64,000 nucleotides of DNA, from NCBI GenBank assembly GCA_009777515.1, contig WRLR01000006.1, forward strand, positions 1,719 to 65,718, given 5' to 3'. This stretch comes from Oscillospiraceae bacterium. Lineage in GTDB: Bacteria; Bacillota; Clostridia; WRLR01. Numbering within the stretch: position 1 is the first letter of the stretch; every line of letters starts with the position of its first letter. The position numbers and the translations under genes are program-made. Positions 46,257 to 53,420 of this stretch are shown in pieces. Under the pieces are notes generated by a model. That model was not told where the DNA came from and made no database searches. It was given only the letters and a program-made list of their open reading frames with translations.

Positions 46257-47086
46257 TGGAGCAGCCCCCCGATATAGCTTCTAATGTGCCCAATTATGTT
46301 GGCAAAATTGTCCCCAGCGCCGGCCTGCCCCTGCGTCGCTTCATGTTCTTTGCTCTCTATCTCTATAACATAGCCGATACAGCGGATGTTTTCAGCAAAG
46401 TCGGGTATGAGCGATTTGGCTGCGTATGATCCGGAAAATACACTGCCATAGCCGAACTCGGCCATGACATTGCGGTTAGGCAATAAAGTCCTGCCATGCA
46501 GCCCGACAGTCAGCGTTTTACCGAATATTCCGCTCTGATACGCTGCCCCGCCCTGCGCCTGAGTGTAGCCAGTCAACGAAATAAAATCGTGGCGCGTATC
46601 CGCCATATCGGCTGCGAACCTGATTTTCTCCCCCGCACCACTGTCATATAAGCGGTGGTAAAGGCCGCCGTTAACAAAAACGCCGCCGCCCATAAAACCG
46701 CCACTACGGCTAGTATTATCATTACTATTAATACCGTCATTACCATTAGTACTGCCACTATTGCTAGCACCACCACTATTGCTAGAGCCGCCACTACCGC
46801 CGACACCGCCCATATCGCCAACGTTGGCACCGTCATAATCGGCGCCGCCTACAGCGCCAACGTAAGCACCGCCAATTTCGGCGCCACCGCCGCGCCACGC
46901 CACCGCCGCACGCTGTGCCGCATATACCGACGCGGATTGCAATTGAGCCTGGCCAAACAGCAGCAGTACAATATATATAGATAATCCGACCACAAAAACG
47001 ACAAGCGGCACTACAATCGCGCCCTCCAGCGTGATAGAGCCCCGTTCCGAGGCAAGCCAAAATTTATGCATACATTTTAAATACAT
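46253..47086 (-). CDS. TadE-like protein with G/S/N-rich low-complexity linker
   Basis: SERGSITLEGAIVVPLVVFVVGLSIYIVLLLFGQAQLQSASVYAAQRAA is a close TadE-like N-terminal pattern. The start is ambiguous (ATG 47137, GTG 47113, ATG 47086 or ATG 47071), and GGAGG lies at 47122-47118. Confidence 0.6.
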   Translation of the reverse strand: MYLKCMHKFWLASERGSITLEGAIVVPLVVFVVGLSIYIVLLLFGQAQLQSASVYAAQRAAVAWRGGGAEIGGAYVGAVGGADYDGANVGDMGGVGGSGGSSNSGGASNSGSTNGNDGINSNDNTSRSGGFMGGGVFVNGGLYHRLYDSGAGEKIRFAADMADTRHDFISLTGYTQAQGGAAYQSGIFGKTLTVGLHGRTLLPNRNVMAEFGYGSVFSGSYAAKSLIPDFAENIRCIGYVIEIESKEHEATQGQAGAGDNFANIIGHIRSYIGGLLH

Positions 47087-47155
47087 CTTCCGCGCCTGTG
47101 CCAAACTAAACACTAAGCCTCCATAAATTAACATCATATTGCTGTTTATATCATT

Positions 47156-47184
47156 ATTGTAAATTATTGGATTTACATTGTCAA
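47156..47184 (-). promoter_or_regulatory. Near-consensus sigma-70 promoter TTGACA-17 nt-TACAAT driving the three TadE/TadG-like genes
   Basis: The minus strand reads TTGACAATGTAAATCCAATAATTTACAAT (-35 at 47184-47179, -10 at 47161-47156). The GGAGG SD follows about 35 nt downstream. Confidence 0.55.
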
Positions 47185-47751
47185 GCATAAATAGAAATAT
47201 TTTACATTTTATTATCATGATTGAATGACTGGAATAATACTTTTATATGATTAAACATATAATGTGGCAAAAATAGACTAAGCATAGCAGAGGATATTAA
47301 ACGGCATGGATATAATAAATATTTTTGTGCATTGTCGGAAACAGAATACGAAATGGCGAAAATGCTGTACCAAACAGGAAAATCGTTAGATTGTATAATA
47401 TTATACAAAACGCGGGCACGCATAAACCAACCAAAGGTTTACTAAAAAATTATTTATAAACGAGAAACCAACAGTGTGCTGCTCTGGATGCAGATAACTG
47501 ACAACGCATTATATTTTAAAGCAAACTTGTTCCATATAAAGTATTACTCAGTTAATATATCGGCTTGTTCTGTTAAAACTAAAAATGCCATAGCATCTAC
47601 AAATGAATGTGGTTTTTTTGGATTATATGTACCGCATATGCCTTATCACATTTACAACAACGAATACAAACCTTGCATTTTTCACGGCTACTATTTTAGA
47701 AAATGGATAATGAAGATTGGTGCATGCTGAGGAATTTGATAGTTTTGGAGC

Positions 47752-47896
47752 ATGATAATCAAAATAGGAGCTAAAACACGCTTTCACTCGTTATCCCTGA
47801 AAAATAAGGATAAAAAGTACCATATCATGGATTTCAAAGACATTGATATTACAAACCGCAGCGGACGCACTAGTATGGCTTTAACTCGTTTTGTTG
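47752..47896 (+). pseudogene. Possible decayed 5' fragment (degenerate P-loop region) of the AAA-type ATPase gene disrupted by the IS
   Basis: MIIKIGAKTRFHSLSLKNKDKKYHIMDFKDIDITNRSGRTSMALTRFV resembles the N-terminus of AAA_21/AAA_15-type ATPases (MI..I.IKNFRS...G.NGSGKSN.L.AL.FL), but the Walker A residues are mutated. It ends exactly at the left inverted repeat. Confidence 0.3.
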
Positions 47897-48171
47897 TAAT
47901 CACCGATTTTCGCATAATAACTGATGTAATGAATTTTTATGAATACTATCATACCAAACGCTGTAAATCCAAGGCTTACAAAGGCATACAGTCTCAGTTA
48001 TTAATCAAAAACATTACATTGAATGACGCTAATACCATTTATTATAACATGTCAAATTTGGTTCGTTAATGCTTTACTGAGAACATTATATCAAAAAACC
48101 ACTGAAAACAGGCTATTATGTGCTTGTAATAATAGATATAAAATTTACGATTAATTTTTAACATTATATTA

Positions 48172-48200
48172 TTGACATTATAAACGTCATATAGTATAAT
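48172..48200 (+). promoter_or_regulatory. Perfect-consensus sigma-70 promoter TTGACA-17 nt-TATAAT immediately upstream of the transposase ATG
   Basis: TTGACATTATAAACGTCATATAGTATAAT. The -10 ends 6 nt before ATG 48207 and there is no SD, which implies a leaderless or near-leaderless mRNA. Confidence 0.5.
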
Positions 48201-48206
48201 TGTTTT

Positions 48207-49925
48207 ATGAGCGATGCTAGTTTTTTTCAAGATCCGAAGGCAGAATGGCAGCGTCGGTACGAGGCCATAAGAGCGGCCGTTGTCGATAGATTGCCTGACA
48301 AAATCATTGCGGAACGTTTCAGGTATAGCCCTGCCTATGTCAGCCAACTGCGGTATAAATTCCGCCACGGCATGATCGAGTTTTCCGAACCGGCTGGTGA
48401 TAAACAGGCCCCAAGGCGCAAGGTGGACAAAGCTACACGTGAAAAAATCATTGCTTGGAGGAAAAAGGAGCTGTCCGCTGGCGAAATAACCGAGTTGATC
48501 CTGCTGGAGGGGGTCGAGCTCTCTGTCCGCACTGTTGAAAGGGTGCTTGCCGAGGAGGGTTTCGCAAAGCTTCCCCGCAGGGCGGCGATGCGCATAGGCC
48601 GCACGGTAAAGGGCGCTGAAATACCGGAGCGCTCAGAAACAATCAGATTGGGGCCATTGGCCGGGGCACGGTATGAGTCGGACAGCGCCGGGGTGTTTCT
48701 GTTTGCCCCCTTTTTGGCGCAGCTGGGCATTGGCGGCATAATAAAAAAAGCCAGGCTGCCCGGGAGCCGCGCAATACCGGCGATGAACTATTTTTTGTCC
48801 GTGCTGGCGCTAAAGCTACTCGGCACGGAGCGGTATGCCCATGTGGGTGATCATTCATTTGATCCGGGGCTTGGGCTGTTTGCGGGGCTTAATGTGCTGC
48901 CCAAATGCACCGCGCTTTCTTCTTATTCATATTCACTTGATCAGGCCCATATAAACCGCCTTCAGGAAGCGTTTGTTGGCAGCGCGCACCGGCTGGGCAT
49001 CTACGACAAAAGCGCGATCAACCTTGACTTTCATACCGTCCCCCATTATGGCGACGAATCGGTCCTGGGCGAGCATTGGAATGGCGCCAGGAACAAGCGG
49101 ATGAAAGGCGCTTTGACCATGTATGCCCAGGACTCAGAAACAAAACTCATCGTTTATACGGCTGCCGACATACAGCATAGTGAAGCGGACGATCAGGTCC
49201 TCAGCTTCGTGCCCTATTGGGCGAAGATAAGCCGTCAGATGAATTCAATGTTGATCTTCGACAGCAAATTCACAACATATCGGAATCTGTCTGAACTCAA
49301 CAGCCAGAACATAAAGTTTGTCACGCTGCGCCGCCGTGGCCAAAAGCTGCTTGAGGAAGCCGGCAGGATCGAATCCTGGGCAAGGATCAGCATACCGCAT
49401 GAAAAGCGCAAATATCCCAACCCATTTATCCATGAATCCTTTGAAGCGTTGAATGGATATGATGGAATGATACGCCAGATAATCCTGAAGGGGAACGGGC
49501 ATGAAAGGCCGGCATTTCTTATTACAAACGACTTCGAGTCGCCCGCCGAGCTTCTTGTTTCGAAATATTCTTGCCGATGGCATGTGGAAACAGGTATCTC
49601 GGAAGCCGTGAAGTTTTTCAATGTCAATGCGCTTTCATCGCCCATGCTTTTGAAAGTGCATTTTGATATGGTTATGACTATGGTCGCCGACACCCTGTAC
49701 TGGCGGCTGGCACAAAACTTGCGCGGATTTGAAAAATGCGACGCCAACACAATTTTTCGCAATTTTGTTCATGGCAAAGGATATGTTAATATAAATAACA
49801 ACGAAATTGTAGTCACATATCCAAAGCGCGCACATAACCCAATATTAAGGGCTGTAAACTGGCAGCAAGCACATCGAACCATACCGTGGTTAGATGATGT
49901 TAACCTAACTTTTGTATTTAAGTGA
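48207..49925 (+). CDS. DDE transposase (IS4-superfamily-like) with N-terminal HTH
   Basis: 572 aa. HTH-like N-terminus (REKIIAWRKKELSAGEITELI), candidate DDE residues (INLDFHTVPHYGDES; MLIFDSKF; YSCRWHVETGISEAVKF, a YREK-like motif). The IS family is not determined. Confidence 0.75.
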   Translation: MSDASFFQDPKAEWQRRYEAIRAAVVDRLPDKIIAERFRYSPAYVSQLRYKFRHGMIEFSEPAGDKQAPRRKVDKATREKIIAWRKKELSAGEITELILLEGVELSVRTVERVLAEEGFAKLPRRAAMRIGRTVKGAEIPERSETIRLGPLAGARYESDSAGVFLFAPFLAQLGIGGIIKKARLPGSRAIPAMNYFLSVLALKLLGTERYAHVGDHSFDPGLGLFAGLNVLPKCTALSSYSYSLDQAHINRLQEAFVGSAHRLGIYDKSAINLDFHTVPHYGDESVLGEHWNGARNKRMKGALTMYAQDSETKLIVYTAADIQHSEADDQVLSFVPYWAKISRQMNSMLIFDSKFTTYRNLSELNSQNIKFVTLRRRGQKLLEEAGRIESWARISIPHEKRKYPNPFIHESFEALNGYDGMIRQIILKGNGHERPAFLITNDFESPAELLVSKYSCRWHVETGISEAVKFFNVNALSSPMLLKVHFDMVMTMVADTLYWRLAQNLRGFEKCDANTIFRNFVHGKGYVNINNNEIVVTYPKRAHNPILRAVNWQQAHRTIPWLDDVNLTFVFK

Positions 49926-49980
49926 ATTATTAATCATTATATCGTATGACGGTTAAAAACATTGCGAAAATCGGTGTTTA

Positions 49981-50639
49981 AATGACATTTTTTTGCTTGA
50001 TCCTATTCCAAGCAAAATGCGCGGCTACTCACAACTGTCCAAAACCCTTCGCCAGGATGCTTCAAACATCGCGGGGGTGATTGCTGCTTTTCCTGATGTT
50101 GAAAAATTGCATATAGAAAAAGCGATAATGGAATATGTAAAAATTCTTCCAGAAAAAGATTTAAAACGCGTATATACGGAAACCGTTGGGGCCTTTGGCA
50201 ATGACGCTATGCTCATGTGCGAAGAGGGATGGGAAAACACGAACACTAACATTGTCGACGCCAGCGGTATGTCTGACGGAACCTTGCGATATTTGGCTAT
50301 AGTCGCGGCTATATATACAAGGCCGGAAAATAGCCTTTTTATAATAGAAGAAGTTGACAACGGTTTGCACCCCTCGAGGGCGAAAGACCTGCTTTTCATG
50401 TTAAAACAGTGGGCGCGGAAAGGAAAGTGGATGTATTGATAACAACGCACAATCCAGCTATATTGGATGCGGCAGGTCATAAAATGGTGCCTTTTATCTT
50501 TTATGTGCATAGGGACGGCGAGACCGGTTCCAGCTTGGTTACGCCTTTAGACGAAATTGGAACGCTTCCGAAGATGATGGCTTCCGGTTCGCTGGGGGAC
50601 ATTTCAACAGACAAAAGCATAGAGAAAGCATTATATTGA
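49981..50639 (+). pseudogene. 3' part of an AAA-type (AAA_21/AbiEii-like) ATPase gene, N-terminally truncated by the IS and frameshifted near 50410-50440
   Basis: The frame opens right at the IS end (..FLLDPIPSKMRGYSQL...DGTLRYLAIVAAIYTRPENSLFIIEEVDNGLHPSRAKDLL, a Walker B-like region). It continues in another frame with VDVLITTHNPAILDAAG, the typical ABC/AAA_21 C-terminal motif. Confidence 0.6.
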
Positions 50640-50728
50640 CCGGGGATGATGGGCTAAAGGCATATGAACCTACATCACAGCCGCTTGTACCAAGGCGCCG
50701 GCAAAACAAGGATAAGCTTAACTAACGA

Positions 50729-51541
50729 CTACAAAGTAAGATTACGTTTATTATTTGTTAACCACTCCATAAAGCCTACTTTAAATGGCAAATGGTCAAA
50801 TGATTTCGTCCCGGTGTGGGCGAAGCCGTTTGCGGCGTACCAGTCTTTTAGGACGGTTTGGTCCTCCACGATGCCGATAATGATTTTGCTGCCGCCAAGC
50901 TCCCTGACTTTGTCCTTGCAAAAATCCACCAGCCGCTTCCCATAGCCATAATGCCGCCACTCGGGCAAAATGGACACATGGTTCATTTCATATACGCCGT
51001 CGCCCACGTCTGTGAGCGACGCGAACCCGAAAATAGTGTCGCCCACGAAGTACCCGAATGGATAGTAACCGTCTTTTATCTTGCTGGCCAACCGTTTATT
51101 GGTTATAAAGCTCGTATGGCCAGGGCAGTTCTCCCGCGTCCAGCCGAAATCCTTTGCGACGGTGGCAAAGCTGCGGCGTATAATGTCGGCGTACTGCGGG
51201 AGATGCCCTGCGTCCAGTGGGCGTATCTCGGCGAGATCGTGAATCTGCATCCGGAACCACACCACGCCGTCCGGGCATGGGAACTCGATGTCATGGTTGT
51301 TGGGGTAGCTCAACAGGCGCAAGTCACCGTTTGTATAGACCACTTCTTTGAGTCGGTACAAATTCATCATGGTCTTTGAACAAAAGCCGCCGCAGCCGTT
51401 CGTCGGCATGGGGCAGCCATACTCGCAAACATAGGCGTCGCCGACTTCATGGCCGTTTCGGCATTGCAACGGCTTGCCGTCCTTAGCGCGGTCGACGACT
51501 GTGATGGTAAAGGATTTGTTCTCTGCAATTAATTTTCTCAT
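50729..51541 (-). CDS. Fusion protein: TIGR04076-like Cys-rich domain plus GNAT N-acetyltransferase
   Basis: N-terminal half: FTITVVDRAKDGKPLQCRNGHEVGDAYVCEYGCPMPTNGCGGFCSKTMMNLY...FPCPDGVVWFRMQI (TIGR04076-like). C-terminal half: GFASLTDVGDGVYEMNHVSILPEWRHYGYGKRLVDF (GNAT motif A). ATG 51541 lies 8 nt after GGGGA. Confidence 0.6.
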   Translation of the reverse strand: MRKLIAENKSFTITVVDRAKDGKPLQCRNGHEVGDAYVCEYGCPMPTNGCGGFCSKTMMNLYRLKEVVYTNGDLRLLSYPNNHDIEFPCPDGVVWFRMQIHDLAEIRPLDAGHLPQYADIIRRSFATVAKDFGWTRENCPGHTSFITNKRLASKIKDGYYPFGYFVGDTIFGFASLTDVGDGVYEMNHVSILPEWRHYGYGKRLVDFCKDKVRELGGSKIIIGIVEDQTVLKDWYAANGFAHTGTKSFDHLPFKVGFMEWLTNNKRNLTL

Positions 51542-51764
51542 CTTAATAATCCCCGCTTTCGCCATATCATTTTAACATATCGCTACAATCTAGCGAATGT
51601 TCCGATTTAACCAAGATTTAGCTAATCAAATTGTAGCATCCGAATAAATTTCCATATCAACAAAATCAGCCGATATAATATATTTTTGTGTTATTTTTTT
51701 TGCGATGTGATAAAATAGATAGGCATGTAATCTACTTTATAACGGAAACGGGGGACAATCGTTA

Positions 51765-52256
51765 ATGATCAACAAAAAGACCAATGTTCCTTTTGCGGGG
51801 ACTGCGGATCAGGAGCAACGGCTCCTGAAAGTGATTGAAGAGAGCCGGGGCGTCAAAGGCTCACTGATAATGGTCCTGCAGAGCGCCCAGGAAATCTACG
51901 GCTATCTGCCGATAGAGGTGCAAAAGATAGTCTCGGAGCAAATGGACATCCCTCTGGAGGAGATATATGGGGTCGTCTCGTTCTACGCCCAATTCTCCCT
52001 CAACCCCATGGGGCAGTACAAAATATCCTGTTGCCTCGGCACAGCTTGCTATGTGCGGGGCGCCGGCAAGTTCTTTGAAAAAATCTCTAATGAGCTGGGC
52101 GTCAAGTCCGGCGAATGTACCCCCGACGGCAAGTTCTCGCTGGAGGCGTGCCGCTGCATCGGCGCCTGCGGCCTAGCGCCCGTCCTCACAGTCAACGAGG
52201 ACGTGTACGGGAGACTGACCGAGGAGCAGGTTGAAAAAATATTAGCGAAGTATTGA
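51765..52256 (+). CDS. hydC: NuoE-like [2Fe-2S] subunit of a HydABC/Hnd-type [FeFe] hydrogenase
   Basis: GYLPIEVQKIVSEQMDIPLEEIYGVVSFYAQF and CLGTACYVRGA...CIGACGLAPV motifs. Confidence 0.85.
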   Translation: MINKKTNVPFAGTADQEQRLLKVIEESRGVKGSLIMVLQSAQEIYGYLPIEVQKIVSEQMDIPLEEIYGVVSFYAQFSLNPMGQYKISCCLGTACYVRGAGKFFEKISNELGVKSGECTPDGKFSLEACRCIGACGLAPVLTVNEDVYGRLTEEQVEKILAKY

Positions 52257-52313
52257 TCCCGCCGGTGAACGTCGTTCCGGCAGTGCCGCATCAATCCAGC
52301 CCGGTATCTAGCT

Positions 52314-52976
52314 ATGTATGAGCTTTCATTGAATATCATGGACATCGCGCAAAACTCGATCAGGGCGAACGCGAAGCTGGTTTCGGTCACAATAGACGTC
52401 GACGAAGCGCGCGACATGATGACAATTGTGATCGAGGACGACGGAGACGGCATGAGCGAGGACGTCCGCAAAGCCGTATCGGACCCGTTTTTTACGACCA
52501 GGACCACGCGCAAGGTGGGTCTGGGCCTCCCGTATTACGAGATGGTCTCTAAAATGTGCGAGGGAGAGTTCGAGCTCCGGTCGGAGCAGGGAAGCGGCAC
52601 ACGCGTTAGCGCGGGCTTTAGGATATCACACATAGACCGCGCGCCATTGGGCAACACGGGCCAGACGCTTGCGTTACTGGCTGGCGCGAACCCCGGGGTG
52701 GAGTTTATATTTGCGTTCAAGCGCGGGGGCAGTGGCGTTGGCGGCGACGGTGACGGTGGCGGTGGCAGTGGCGGCGGTGACAGCGTTGGCGGTGGCAGTG
52801 GCGGCGACGGTGAAAACGATAGCGACGGCAACGGTGACAGCAGTTTCGTTTTCGACACGCGCGAGATAAAGGCGATCCTGGACGGCGTGGGCATAGACAC
52901 GCCCGAGGTGGTCGTATATATGGAAGGCTACATCAACGAGAACATACAAAATATTGCCAGGGGGATAATTCTGTGA
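52314..52976 (+). CDS. Histidine-kinase-like ATPase (HATPase_c) domain protein embedded in the hydrogenase operon
   Basis: NIMDIAQNSIRANA (N box), IEDDGDGM (G1) and TTRKVGLGLP (G2-like) motifs. A Gly/Asp/Ser-rich insertion lies at about 52722-52845. Confidence 0.7.
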   Translation: MYELSLNIMDIAQNSIRANAKLVSVTIDVDEARDMMTIVIEDDGDGMSEDVRKAVSDPFFTTRTTRKVGLGLPYYEMVSKMCEGEFELRSEQGSGTRVSAGFRISHIDRAPLGNTGQTLALLAGANPGVEFIFAFKRGGSGVGGDGDGGGGSGGGDSVGGGSGGDGENDSDGNGDSSFVFDTREIKAILDGVGIDTPEVVVYMEGYINENIQNIARGIIL

Positions 52977-53344
52977 AAAGCATGGAAGATTTAAAGGCTT
53001 TAAGGGACAAGCTGAAAAATACGGTCGACATCCGGCAGAGCGACGAGAACAAAACGCGCGTGGTGGTCGGCATGGCCACCTGCGGCATAGCAGCCGGAGC
53101 GCGCCCTGTTTTGGCCGCCTTTACCGAGGAGGTCGCCAGGCGGCAGGTCAGGAACGTGACGGTGGGGCAGACTGGCTGCATCGGGATATGCCAGTACGAG
53201 CCGGTCGTCGAGGTGCACCAGCCCGGCAAGGAAAAGGTAACGTATGTCAACATGACGGCGGAACGGGCCGTACAGGTCGTCAACAGCCACATCATCAACG
53301 GCAATGTCGTCGGCGAGTACACGATTGGCAGCTATACGTCATGA
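52973..53344 (+). CDS. Thioredoxin-like [2Fe-2S] ferredoxin (HndB-like)
   Basis: VVGMATCGIAAGA...GCIGICQYEPVVEV motifs, 123 aa. GTG start overlapping the upstream stop. Confidence 0.75.
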   Translation: MKSMEDLKALRDKLKNTVDIRQSDENKTRVVVGMATCGIAAGARPVLAAFTEEVARRQVRNVTVGQTGCIGICQYEPVVEVHQPGKEKVTYVNMTAERAVQVVNSHIINGNVVGEYTIGSYTS

Positions 53345-53420
53345 GCGGCGGCCAGCCAACATCGGCCGGCCAACAATATGATGCAACAACCAATTATAGG
53401 CAGAGGAGAAGAGGGATAAG

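Larger units (their letters stand above)
47897..49979 (+). mobile_element. Insertion sequence (~2.1 kb) with 17/18-bp terminal inverted repeats
   Basis: TAATCACCGATTTTCGCA (47897-47914) is the reverse complement of TGCGAAAATCGGTGTTTA (49962-49979) apart from one mismatch, with a 14-bp perfect core. One transposase ORF lies inside. No target-site duplication is seen. Confidence 0.55.

Noticed and set aside
47202-48069. Small ORFs in the AT-rich filler (47202-47423 minus, 47476-47730 plus), examined as possible Flp-type pilin genes for the neighbouring TadE-like operon.
   Set aside because: None has the short charged leader, G/xxxxEY-type motif or hydrophobic helix of Flp pilins. None has an SD, and stop-poor AT-rich DNA produces such ORFs by chance.
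48182-48200. A second inverted-repeat candidate for the IS ends (AAACGTCATATAGTATAAT vs the reverse complement of 49935-49953, 14/18 match).
   Set aside because: It is weaker than the 17/18 match at 47897-47914/49962-49979. It also coincides with the spacer and -10 of the transposase promoter, so it is probably chance similarity in AT-rich DNA or a subterminal site rather than the terminus.
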